Source of the DNA: Chrysomallon squamiferum
Taxonomy: Eukaryota > Animalia > Mollusca
Direction of reading: 5' to 3'
NCBI GenBank assembly: GCA_012295275.1
Contig: CM022666.1
Location: 1,240,001 to 1,304,000 of the forward strand
DNA: 64,000 nucleotides
Made by a program: the position numbers and the translations under genes. The first letter of the stretch is position 1. Each line of letters opens with the position of its first letter. The notes beneath the pieces were generated by a model. That model saw nothing but the letters and a program-made list of their open reading frames with translations. It was not told the origin of the DNA and searched no databases. This document shows positions 1-13,423 of the stretch, one piece after another.

Positions 1-2336
1 TTTCCTCTTTTTTTTTTTTTTTTTTCCCTTCTTTTCTCTAGTGTTGTATTAAAATGACTGATATTTCTGGAATGACTAAATGGATGGGTCTACTTCCTAA
101 TTATGCTGTTTACATTATTATACTTAACATGATTTATCATCTAATAAATACTGTTCTGAACAAACAATGCCAAATAATTATCTAATTAGGTGAAAACAGT
201 CTTATAAAAAAAATGTCATATTTAATGCCTGCTAGTTAGAAAATCCTGGCTGTACAGTGTAATTACATAAACAGGCCCACTGACTTACAAAACAACACAA
301 ATGTTTCTTTATATTCACTGCATAGTTCCCTGTAAGCAATTTATTAATTTTTTGACGTCAACACAGACTAACTGAAAACAAATGGGCTATTATAAGTTTA
401 TTTTGTATGTAGGAAGGGTATGGGTTTGGATTGGGTATGTGCAGTTCTATATAACCCATTACATGTTAAGGCATTTTGCTTGCACATGCGTGTGCGTGTG
501 CGTGCATGCTAGTATGTGTGTTAGCATGTGTTAGCAAGCATGCTTACATGCGTAATTTTTTTTCATTAATGTGATAACACTGACTCTGTTAAGAAACAAA
601 TTTGGAAAAAAATGAAAAGTGTAAAGCACTTTATAAATTAACTTGCAAATATTTTCTCAGGAAATGTTTTACAAACACCACAATATTCATTCATGAAGTC
701 ACCACTATCAAACTGATTTCATCACGCAGGTTATCGTCCTTTCGTATAATCAACTCTTCTTTTTTTCTATTCCTTTCCTTTCCTTTTTTTTTTCTTCTAT
801 TTTTTTGTTTTTTGTTTTTTGTTTTGTTTTAAAAGGTCAATTTATGTTTGATTAGATATGTTAGTGGATGCCTTTGTTCTCTGGTTAAAGATGGAACATA
901 TTTGTATTTAACAGTTCGCGAGAGATGTTTCATCTCGTGTTTATACGCTCAGATTAGATGGTACGTAAATACTCTAACCCCACACTGTGTGTGTAGATTA
1001 AGTGTAATTGGAAAGTCTATTTCAGTCTCTTTGCCTAATCCAGCATACTGGTTAATGTTAGCACATCAGGAAAAAGCTCTGTTAAGCTGAGTTACGCTCA
1101 ATTCCTGATCAATAGCAGACTTTTTTCTGTTCCAGATCTATGTTCTGTCAGTTTGGTAGAAGTCTTTATATACAGTGAAATAAACAAAAGAACTAACATA
1201 CATATAAAAAAATTAATGTTTAACATTTCAGCAAATTTTTTATGCTATTAGGATTCAATCTTGCATAAATCTGATCTGAACTGAAACATTTTCTATAGCC
1301 ACTTAAGGGGCTATTCCACAAAATTAGCAGACAAAGATTCTTTCACATAACCTTCCCATTAACAGGAGACTACATATCATAGAATCTGATAACATTGGGA
1401 GCACTGGGTGGAATAGGAAGTGACCCAGAATGTGTACTAAGAAATATACAGAGAAATTATCTTTTTCCACACAAATACTACACATAGTTTTAACTTCATT
1501 ATTATTTTATTATTATTTATCAACCAATAATCAAGCTAGGTGAATTTTAAATATTTTTTAATCATTATTATTTTATTTTTTTATGTATAAAATAAATATT
1601 TATATGAAAATAAAGGATATGTCAGATGAAAATAAAGATATCTTTCTTAATACTGCCGTCATGGTTGGCTTCAGTTTTTATCAGCTGGAGATCAATAAAC
1701 TAATAAAGGCTTATGAAGAAAACTGTATGTTTAAAAATAAATATTTATCTGTGGGACGTATGTATAAAATAAAATATTTATCTATGACACAGATGTATGA
1801 AATAAATACAATCCAAAGTGAATGCGAAGAGATATGTTAACAAAATAAAGATGAGAAGTGGTGTTTTTTATGAAAATGTTTAGTACTTACTTGTTGTCTC
1901 TTTCATAAATAATCAATCAGTTTGATAGCACTTAGCAGCAAAATGTAGGCTACATCAGTTTTATATGTTTCAGAATCTAATGTTCCAAGAGACAAATACT
2001 TAAATATGAGTTTTTAATATGATCTGTATGTCTGTTTTATTTTTATTTTTTTATTTTTTTTTGTCGAGTTAGAAAAGTATATGTAAATGAATTTTGTCTA
2101 CATTTAGAAGAGATCATATGTGTATTTTTAATATTAAAACCAAACGAGATGTTTCAAATTCAGAGTGTTTTTAATTAGCTATGATTTAAAACCAGTGGAA
2201 ACATGTTGTTTCTGTCCCAGAGTAGGCAAATGTAAATGAGGGTTCCAGATGTATAAAATTTAGTAGCAAAAGGTAAATAAAATGAAAACAACAAAAAATG
2301 TAAAAAATAAATAAATAAATAATGATAATGATAATG

Positions 2337-2379
<43 letters not shown>

Positions 2380-3384
2380 TAATAAAAGGTCATCTCTTAC
2401 AGGTGACCAAAAAGCTAAATGATTAACCTATGAAAGAACAAGGGTATGGTACAAATTAATCTTCAAGACAATCAGAATCTGCCATGTTATGTTGTCATGG
2501 AAATTTTGGAACAAAGTAAAAAACCAAAATCCTAGAAGGAAGGAATTTTAAAATAAATTTGGTTTTGGTTGGCAATGAATTTTTCACTAACAACATTTCA
2601 ATTAGAGAAAACAGATACATTTTACTGATACCTTATCCGTCACTGTGCATGAAGAAGATTGGTAATGTGAAGATGAATTAATTAACCAACTGTGAAAACC
2701 AATGAAATGAATCTGTGGTCAAAAACATCAGCCTAAGTTCTAACAACACCATACCTGATGCAAAGGTAATGCTATACAGAGGTAAACATCATTACATCTC
2801 ATAATTTCTGAACACAGCAATAAACTAAATAAACTGTTTACTTTATCGACATGCACAGAAGCAACTCGATGCCAGTGTAATCAGTTGCTAAATATTAATT
2901 ATCTTGATGTGATAAAATTAATGTCCCGTGGTAATCACTGTTATCTGATGTAGTAAAAGAGACTGGCTGGCTGACTGGGTTATGAATCAAAATGTAAGTA
3001 TAATCAGTTATTATGGTGATGAGTTTAAATTTACTTTCATCATGCATTTTAGATGTGTCTTTGTTCTGAAGGATTTTTATTATTTAAAGATTAAACACAG
3101 AACAAACAGGGCCACATATTGATTTCTGCTTAACTGAAAAGGTGTTAGATGAATTTTGTAAATTTGTATTTAAATCTTATTTTATCAAGAAAAAAATAAA
3201 AATAAAAATAAAAAAATAATAATAATAATAAAGAAAATACAAATAAATACAAATAACTGACAGAAACGAGACCAAACACCAGCAAAAGATGCTAAAAATG
3301 TTTAGTCTGGAAATACCTATTTTTTAAAAACAAGAATGTCTTCAGACTTAAAAATGTATAATTTGTTTTTTAAACAGTACTTAC

Positions 3385-3626
3385 ATCAAAGTAAAACGGG
3401 TATGCATTAGGCCCCAGTTTTTTAATGAGTCTTTCTTGGAGGCGAGTTAAAGGTTTCTGATGCTCCTTCAGGGGAGGGTAGACCTGCTGAGAAGACAGAT
3501 AGAGATCTTTGCGAAAGGTGAGTCCCAACACATCCAGGTCCTCTCTGCCATACCGGAATGCTGCCAGGACATGGGCAAAGACTTTGCGGTCCTTCAAGTA
3601 TTCTGGATCAACCAGAACAACGCCAT
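3385..3626 (-). CDS. ARRB1: Beta-arrestin coding exon 4 (gene continues beyond left edge of window)
   Basis: tcag|AT GGC GTT...TTT GAT|gtaagt. Translates (D)[43 protein letters not shown]...[22 protein letters not shown], the arrestin N-domain signature. 242 bp, phase 1 in, phase 0 out. Symbol is nominal: invertebrate non-visual arrestin. Confidence 0.97.
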
Positions 3627-5361
3627 CTGAAAAAACAGAGAGTGTTGTACAAAGGCATTTAGTTCAAAACAACAGCATCCAGTAAAAAGGAGAGTATTAT
3701 TATTAGGCATCAAAAATGTTTAAAAGATTGCTTTTTTAAGAAAGAATGGAAATGTTTGAGGAGTTCTTAAGATGAAAAAGGATTTAATAGCATGCAGTTC
3801 TTAAAACAGTTATTTTGCGACAATCACAGAATGTAAAAAAAATAAAAACAATTATAAAAAACCCAAACAAAAAACAAAAAAAAAAAAAAAAAACAGAACC
3901 TGCTACACACATAAATAAATAATGGTAACCTAAATGTTGCATCCTAAAGAGTACTTAACACTGAAGTAACATATTTAAAATAAGTAAATAAGTAAGTTTA
4001 TTTATATATTTATTACATGGCCTGTGCATGTCAAGATTAAAAAAAACATCAAATCTTGGATCTCTTGCATCTCATTCAGTGTCATTATGTTGGTATACAT
4101 TCCCATAAATAAAAACAACCAAAAATCAAACAACAACAACATAAACTAATGAAAATAATAATTAAAAAAAAGAAACTACAGAAAGTGTTGCTGAAATATC
4201 AAAAATGATCAGTCCCCTTACAGCAATTTCAGATGGAAGAAAAATAATGAGCACTAGTTTCCGTGACTACTACCGAGTTGAACAAGAGTGTTTTTCCAAA
4301 GTATTGTTTGTTGTCTTTATTAACACTTCAATCAATTTGTCGCTTGAAGCTTGCAAAAAAACCTAATGAATAGTTCATTCAGTATGATAACCTGACAGTG
4401 GAAGTGTTGTTCTCCAAGATAATCAGAAGCTGACATAATAGGTTGTCATGGAAATTAGGAACAAGGTAAAAAAAAAATAATAAATGAAAAAAAAGGATTT
4501 TAATGATGGGTAAAATAAATCTGGCTTTGGACTAGAATGAGTTCTGTACTAACAACATTTCAGAATTGGTTATTAGAGTTAATTATATTTTATTCATGTC
4601 ACTGTCAGTTATGATCCTTTTTTAATTTAATTTTTAATTTATTTTATCTTTTTTTTTTTTAAATAACAATAAACCGACAAAGTAACATTGTGTTTTTTTT
4701 TTCTTCTTTTTTAATCTGTTAAAAGTGTTGTTTTTAAAAATTGTTAAAAAGACTTCCAAGATACTTAATTAATAAGTGTTTTTTGGGGGTGTTTTTTAAA
4801 TGTTGTTGATAACTATATTAAATCCTTTTTTTTTTTTTTTTTTTTTTGGATAATTAAAAGTAATAATAATGTGTATAAGGATAAGCAGGGTTTCATTGTG
4901 CTAAATAATTAATATTTAATTACCACAAAGTTTGTAATTTGAAAAAAAAATAAAATAAAATAAACATGAACAATATACTGGATTAAACAAAATGTAAAGA
5001 TTATGCTGACTTAAAATAAACAATTTCTGACATGGATTAGCGATAGCATAACTGTTTTCATTTGTTCAAAACAGCTTAAAACCTTTCTCCAAGAGAAAAC
5101 GAAAACACAAAAACAACAAAAATTCTGTGTTTAACATCAGCTTAGTACATTTGGCGACAAGTGAACAAAAGGTCATCCATAATCATAATTAAGATAAGAT
5201 CTCTAAGAAAAGTCAAGCCTTCTACACAACTAATTTGCTAAGATCTGTATTAGCCCTAGAAAGGCATTAGACTGCCTGCTCCCAATCTCCAGCTAACAAT
5301 GCTTTCAGCAGAGCCTGCCAGGAACCATTATGTTTAAGAAGAAAACAGAAGAGGCACCTAC

Positions 5362-5422
5362 CAATTGGATCTATGTGTGACAAATGGTCGATGAAGTCTC
5401 GCTTCCCAAGGTATGTGGTTAT
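5362..5422 (-). CDS. ARRB1: Beta-arrestin coding exon 3
   Basis: ttccag|ATA ACC ACA TAC CTT GGG AAG CGA GAC TTC...ATT G|gtagg = ITTYLGKRDFIDHLSHIDPI(D). 61 bp; phases fit exons 2 and 4. Confidence 0.96.
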
Positions 5423-6109
5423 CTGGAAAGAACAAAAAAGACAAGATGGTCATCAACGAGTAGCTCTAATTGAATAAAAGCCATAAAAGGTCTTGAAGCA
5501 AAATCATTTTCCCTAGGTGATGTCCACCAGATCTGCTCCTTTAAATTTATTTTCTTACTGATTACAAAAAGTAATTACAGCTTTTAATAGTTGTCTGGTT
5601 TTGGGGAAGGGTTTTTTTTTTTTTAAGACTTCAGACTGCACAGTTAGTTGGGTTTTTCTGCATCAAGGATAATAAATAAAATGTCGTGAAAGCAATTATC
5701 AATTAGAGAAGAATAAAAACATAAATAAAAAAAAGAATAAAAAAAGAAACTTGTTGTTTTTACTTACTCTTTCTTTGATTGATTTTGAATTATATGTAAT
5801 TACAAATACATACATAAACACACACATAAAGAAAACTGCACATTTTAGCTCTCATTACTCACAGACATTTTTTCCTGTTAATGAGATTTAAAAGACAAAG
5901 TACCTTTTACAACATTTGACTTCATTATACACATCTATCTCCCAAAAGGCACAAATGAGATATTCTAGCACTGGCTGTAGTTTATTACTGTTAACACTCT
6001 GATTGTTTAATACTGTAATGTTACCTTCAAGAATCACAAATCTTTTATTATTGCTGTGACATTTTGAAATGTGATAAATTCAGAACTCACTTCAACACAA
6101 GTTCTCAAA

Positions 6110-6147
<38 letters not shown>

Positions 6148-6329
6148 TAAATAAAAATTTCTGAATAATTCTTTCAGCCATCATAGTGAACATTTCTTTT
6201 TCTTTTTAAATTATTTTTCTAAACATTAAAAAAAAAAAAAAAAATCTTATTTTTTTTCATTTTTAAATACATTTTTTTTTATTTTTTATTTTTTTTATTT
6301 GTACATTATAATTACCAGGCAGAAGTAAA

Positions 6330-7860
6330 ACTATTTGAATAAAATTAAATATATAAAACATTGCAGCTCCTGTGAATTATAAGAAGCAATGACTAATTGA
6401 TAACGGGTTTGGAATGTAGTCAAAAACAGCATTCATTTACAAGTGTCAAACATAATCATACAAACATTTAAAAATCAGTAAATTTGGAAAGTTCACTCTG
6501 ATATTAAATGGTTAAATTGTTCTGCAGGTTAGAACATAAATGTTTAACCAACTGCTGGCTTGGAATATGGTCAAAAACGAGCAGTCATTATATTATAAAT
6601 GTCAGATATAATGATAAATCAGTAAATGCACAGTTTCAAAGCTCAGTTAAAATATTTTGGAAATAATAATAAAAAATAATAATAAAAAAGATAAATTGAC
6701 TGATTTGGAATATGGCCCAGAATTAGCTTCATTTTATTTTAAGTGTCAAACATAAATATACAATTTAAATATATATAAACCAGCAAAAAGACAGATTTAA
6801 AGTTCATCTAAATTATTTTGGCTATTATATTTGAATTTTTATTTTATTTTTATTACTAGTATTTGAAATGTGCACCATAACTAGCTCCTCCATTGTTTAC
6901 AAGTGTCAAACATAAACATATATAAATCAACAAACACACTGTCTGAAAGTTTAATTTAATTATTTTTGAAATTATAGAAAGAATATATTATTATAAGAAA
7001 TAATAAAATTTACTAATGATATGGAATATGGCCAAAGACAGGACCCCTGTCATTTACAGGTTTCAAATATGATATAAATAAATTTAAAATCTCTTAATTC
7101 AGTTTCAAAGTTCAGTTAAATTATTTTGAAAATCACACAAGAAATGTTACGTGACTGATTTTGAATATGGCCCAAGAACTAACAATTATTTACAAGTGTT
7201 AATTATTACAATATATATATATATATATACACATTTATATATATGTATGTATGTATATGTATTTAGATAGATAGATTGATTGATGGATAAGCACCTCTGC
7301 AGTTTGAAAGAATGATGTAATGATAGGATGCATCTTTATTTAAGTTCTGATATGATATTATTCTTGTAATTATAAAACAAAATTACTGACAGACTATGGA
7401 TTTCAAATATGGTCAAAAAACGAGACCACTATCATTCTTTAATGTCAAAATTCAGCTCTTGTGAACAGTTGGAAAGCTCACTCAAATTATTAGATGATTT
7501 TTTACTACAATTCAGATCTGAAGTTATTCTTGAAATCACATTAAGAGACAATTAAATGACTATGGATTTAAAAGAACATAAAAAATAATAATCCTGTGAA
7601 CATTTATAAAAGTGAAAAGCTAAATCCCAGAAGTTATTCTGGAAATAATAAGAAGAAGAAGAAGAAAAAAAAGGCTAAATAATTATGGATCTAAAAGAAG
7701 ATAAAAATAATAATCCTGCAAACATTTATAAAAGATTGAAAAACTAACTCCCAGTTTGCACTTTGAGCAAAGTTATTCTGGAAATTATATGAAGAAAAGA
7801 TTAATTGACTATGGATTTGGAAGATGATCAAGAATTAGAAGATGTCTGAAAGTTTAATGA
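6330..7860. repeat. Old, diverged ~150-bp tandem satellite in beta-arrestin intron 2
   Basis: Recurring TTGGAATATGG(T/C)CAA...ATTTACAAGTGTCAAACATAA...AAAGTTCA near 6409, 6560, 6705, 6862, 7022, 7160, 7400 and 7815. Confidence 0.8.
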
Positions 7861-8678
7861 TTCTCCATTACCAACCATTAGCCAGAGAAACCGGCAGCTA
7901 TTTAAGACAACCTATAAATAGCTCCACAGTTCCATTCTAGCAAACTGACCAATATTACCTGTTACTTAGAGGGTTCAAAATATCTATGTTTTTGTGTGCC
8001 AATAATGTATCCAAAAAAATCCTATAAATTTACTCTTTCTCTCTCTCTATCTCTTTCACACACACATTTTTTTCATGCTTTTTTGAGTGTACAATATATA
8101 TATATTTTTTTCCTTTTTTCTTTCTTCTTCTTCTTATTATTTTTTTAATTTTTTTCATTTTTTTTTTTTTGTATACACTAAAACGCTGAAGAAGATTAAA
8201 TCAATCACTTTTCTGTGCAGTTCTGCAGGTAATCAGACAGACCACATAGAAAGATATGAAATTTGTAATAATGTGGACAGATCTAATGAAGCAAGCTGTT
8301 AGTATCTATGTATTCATCTATGTGTGTCTGACATGAAATAAATTACTCTTAGACCATTAATTCTATTCAGAAAGAATTTCCTTCGCCGGTATTTAGAAAC
8401 ATCAAAGAGAAAATTCTTAGAAGTAAAGAGAATCCTTTTATTGTGTGCAATTTTCTTAAGTTGAAGCTCATGTTTTCTGTATCTAATTATGAGCCCAAGT
8501 TTGTTTTTGTTTCCAAGGGAAAGTCTGTTGCTACAGAACATACATGAAAGTACAAAATCCTAGCACTCTTCATTGTAATTCTGAAATCATTCTTTTTTTT
8601 TTGTTTTTTTTTAAGTAACTTAATAATAGTTTAGTAATTTGAAAAATTCAAGATTTGATTGATAGGGTCTATATTTTT

Positions 8679-8715
<37 letters not shown>

Positions 8716-11142
8716 TTAATAAATTATCTTGCAACTGAATATATGAATGCACATATATAAAGACTACATTGTAACATAAGCTTGTTTTTGTTAAAAACGT
8801 AAATACTGTACTGGAATATATAAATATTGATATCTGTCTGTCTGCCTCTCTATCTATCTATTAATCCATCTGATTTATATATCTATTTCACATATATTGA
8901 TATCTGTCTGTCTCTATCTATCTATAATCTATCTATCTTTAATCCATCTATTTATATATCTATTTAACACACACACACATACATAAACCATTAAAACTTT
9001 ATAAAACATCATTTAACCAATATTTATGAAGAAATGCTTCATTAAAATCCTCTTCTCTTCATCTTTTACTGCATCTCTTTTAACTGTTTATTTTATTTTT
9101 TTACTTTTAACTGTATTAGTCATTAATTCTTCACTTTCTATTTCATCTCTTTAAACTCCGTTTTATTATTATTATTTTTATTTTTTTTTAAATACTTTTA
9201 ATTATATTAGTCATTAATTTGCACTTAACAAACTACACAACAGAGTTTGTCTGGGTATCATCAGACATTCATTCGCTCGTTTCTTTATTCTTAAAGTGAA
9301 CATCAACTGAAATTTCTTACTGAACAGTTGGGTGATCAAGGACAAACAGATATCTCCATGCAGTGCATCCATCTAAAAATGATTTACAAACAACATAATT
9401 CTCAGAGATGGTATTTACTGAAGGAATAATAGCCTGCAAGGATCAATGGTTATTTTATAGTTACTCCTTGGTTTGCTAGATTCCATTAAATCTTTTTTCT
9501 TTTTTTAAATGTATACACACTGTATATTATATATATATAGATGTGTGTGTGTGTGAATGTGTATGTGTGTGTGTGCATGTGTGTTTATTATGTGTGTGTG
9601 TGTGTGTGTGTGTTTATTATATGTGTGTGTGTGTGTGTATGTGTTTGTTTATTATATATATTATACAAACACAAGCATATTCTTGTTGTTCACATGGTCA
9701 GTGTCACAAATAGAATGGGATGATGGATAGATGAATGGATGGATGAATGGAAGGGTGGATACACATATGGATTTATGTATAGATGCTAATACAAATTAAT
9801 AAGAACTGTGAGGATTTTTGCTTTCTTTAACAAACAGTTTTTCCTGTAAATATCAGCCAGGAGATCTTTCCCAAATAATGGTAGTGTTGCACACACATTG
9901 TCCAAGTGCTTCCAGTGAAAGCTCTCTGTGTAGTCATTACAGAGGCAGACAGAAAATTGCTTAAATGAAGGACTGTCATTACATACAGGATGTCTGGCAA
10001 ATCCTAACTGGTACACGAAATCAGGACCAAATAACAGAGCACACATACACAAGGCCATTTGATGCTGAAAACAACTGCCCATTTATCTGAACATCACTGA
10101 ATTGTCTGCTCTCTAAACAAAATATTTTGCATTAACTGCTGACTAAACAATGTACTGATTTATGATTTTCTATGTCTTTTTGGGGATATGCAAACTGCCA
10201 CAATACTCTTTGTATGATTTCAAGTTAGTTTTGTTACTGGTGGCAAATCTTTGCTAATTATCAAGTAAGGTAATAAAATTATAAATTAAATTCTTATTTT
10301 TTTATTAAGAAATTTTTTTACATATTGAAAGGTTCAACAAGAGAATAACCAAATAAATCATTTAATAGTTGTTAGGATATTCTTTTCATTATTGTTTCTA
10401 TATGTAAAATATAAAATGAAAATTCTGGCTTCCATATAAGTTCATCAGCTAATTATTTTATCATCACACATTATCATTGACAAAGACTGGATGCAAGTCA
10501 CTTGAAAGTATACACAACATATTTAGCTTGTATTTTCATATCTCCAAATATTTATTTTATTTTATTTATTTTACATCCATTCTGTATGTTCTAAAAAGAC
10601 TTGTATAACAGAAGAAACATTTCTTTTTGCAGATAAAGCAATCAGGAACCTCTTGAGAAAACGCACTGACAAGTCTGAGTCCAGTGATTCATGTGTTCCA
10701 TGTCCACTGCGGCTTCAGCTTGTTGTTACCAGCAACATTTATTTAGCAAAATTATTCATGTTCATGGCCATTAAAGTTAAGTCCCTCTGTCTGCCTTTCA
10801 AAGTTAATGTTGATGCTGGATTGGGTTCCAGACAGCCAAAACAATTGCCAGACTTTGACCATCAAGTTAGGACACTGTGTAGCACTGCTGTCATCACTAG
10901 ACAATAATGGCTTTGGCTCTGATTCACAGAGACTATTTACAGAGGTGTACAGAACTGGCTGGTTCTTCCAAAGAACTTTCTTCATGCCTATTTGCAGCTG
11001 ATAACTACCAGTTTGTGTACACAAGCGATGATGAAAATTATGCAAAAAAAAAAAAAAGCACTCACAGAATTGTTACTCTGGCAAGGAGGGAAATTGATTT
11101 TCACAAGTGAACATGTATATGTATCCCATTAACTGGAATGGG

Positions 11143-11179
<37 letters not shown>

Positions 11180-11449
11180 TTTAAAAAACCCTCCAAAACC
11201 CCCACTAAAACCTGGTTTGATGATCAGTACAGTTTCCAGTAGAAAAAAAAAAAAAAAAAAAAAAAAATTTGCAATTGAAAATGTAACAGACTTGGGTAAT
11301 CTCTAATGATATAAACATACTTTTAATGAAAATATTTTTTATTTTATTTAGAATGACCTATAGTTACTTTATTGGTACACTCATGTAATTGTTCTTTTTA
11401 ATATTTCTTTACTAGATAAAACTACCATCATTTCTTTGTCATGTTATTC

Positions 11450-11750
11450 AATGAATAAATTTGTATTTATTTAATAAGGCTTCAAAAACTCTTAATATGA
11501 ATGGATTTGAAACACAGTAAGAGAGACAGAATCTAGTTCCCCTACTTTATGGACTATTCTCATATATTAGCAGCAAAATCATACAAAGCATCTTCAAATT
11601 TTAAAAAGAAAAGCAAAACTGACAATGACCTTTAATTAAAAAAAATACTGGCTGAAATTTTAAAAAAAAAGCCCAATAGTGTCACTGATAAGAATTGATC
11701 TCTCAACCTCTATGATCTCAAGTCTGAATTACTATTAACAGTTAACTCTC
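11450..11750 (-). mobile_element. Probable decayed tRNA-derived SINE
   Basis: Motif order (GAGAGA..., ATTAGCAGCAA, ACTGGCTG, AAAAGCCCAAT, ATTGATC) resembles the reverse strand of gastropod tRNA-SINEs as I recall them; not verified by search. Confidence 0.4.
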
Positions 11751-13352
11751 CAACATTTGCTTTGCTAAAACTGTCAGTGCTAATTTGTACACTGGCAGTG
11801 AATGCAAAGCAAATACTGTATTGTTTAATCAGAAAAGCAATGGATATGCTAATTAGTGTTTGAACAATGGTCTCTTTGAAACAAATGTATGCTTTCCCAA
11901 CGTCATTGATATTTCATGTTCGTGAATATTGTATTAATCAACTACTTTAGGCAGGAAGCAAGGGTCACGCTGTTCTTTGAAGGAGGAAGCAGAAATATAT
12001 TTTTGTAATTCCTTCACATGCATTGTAACTGGCTCGTTTTAAATTAAAGTTTTATCTGTGTAAATAAATATGTAAAACTGACTTTGCCTCAGCTTGTCTC
12101 ATTTTAGACATCAGGATTTGAGGCAGCCTCTCTGTAGTGGGTATAACTTTCAAGATGAAATCAAGTCTCATTACAAAGAATGAAAGAAAAAAAATATAAA
12201 GAAAGGAGGAGTAAAAAAATGAAAGAATGAATGAAAAGAGAAGGAAAGAAAGAAAAATTTAAAGAAGGAAAGAAAAAAGAAAAGAAAATAAGAAAGAGAA
12301 ACAAGAAAAATAGAAAAAAAAAAAAGAAAAAAAAAAGAAGAGAAATATTAGATGGAACACGAAATATGGGATATGACCAACCACCTACATAAATTATTTT
12401 ATAACTACACAGAATCTGTAGTAAATTCTGGTTGCTGAATCTAATCTGTATCATAAATAATACTGTTATCAAGGACGATGGATAATGTTTTCTAAACCTG
12501 TACAACGACTGACACAGAGTGTTTGGTAAAAGGATTTTGCTTTGAAGGTCAAAGTAACATTATATTTAATACCCAACCATTATTGATTATTTAAAGAAGA
12601 TTGATTATCAATTAACATTTACTTATACCACGTTACCTGCTCTATTTATTAACAAAAATATATATAAACAGAGTGCATTTTAATTAATTAACCAGGCAGA
12701 GTTGTACTATAAGAAATATATATTTACTTTTTAAAATATTTAGAATAGCTTTACAATGTAATCTAAAGCATTACAAAGGCTCATTAACATAGAGATATTT
12801 TCATTTTTTGAACAATTGTGTGTGTGTGTGTGTGTGTGCACACACATGCATGTGTCAAGTATCCAATTAACTGCACCAAAAAACCCTAGATAAAAACTGA
12901 AACTCTCCCTTTCATCAGACCAGAGGTCTTTTCACGAATGGATTAGTAAGTAATTTACATTTGCAGAGTAGATATACAGAGGCAAAGATCATTTAATCAG
13001 ATGCATTATTGCCCTGCCACAGTTCCTTCACTGGTGCGTAACTGGAGTTCACTAGCAGAGACCTGTCACTCTAATGTTATTAATACTGATTTAGTTTATT
13101 GAAAAGTGCAGCTTACATTATCAAGCCGCCATATTCAAAGTGCATTACAGCACTGGGATATGACTGCTGGCCTCACCAGACTAATATAATAAAAAAAAGG
13201 AACTTATTAGGGAGGAAATAAAACAGTCACACACAGGCTAGGTCACTGTTTATTACAGGAAGCTTGATAATCTCTCTTCTTCATACATGGCTGGAGTCTG
13301 TTCTCTGCTGTAGTGTTACTTTAAAGAGAAAAATTATTATTATTATTATTAT

Positions 13353-13423
<71 letters not shown>

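Noticed and set aside
1370-1440. Minus-strand LPIPPSAPNV resembling the start of the next arrestin exon
   Set aside because: Lacks the expected SVTLQP...CGV motif and hits a stop within a few codons; the next exon lies outside the window.
10653-11110. Cluster of four overlapping 60-100 aa ORFs
   Set aside because: No recognisable domain or coherent splice structure; likely a by-product of locally higher GC.
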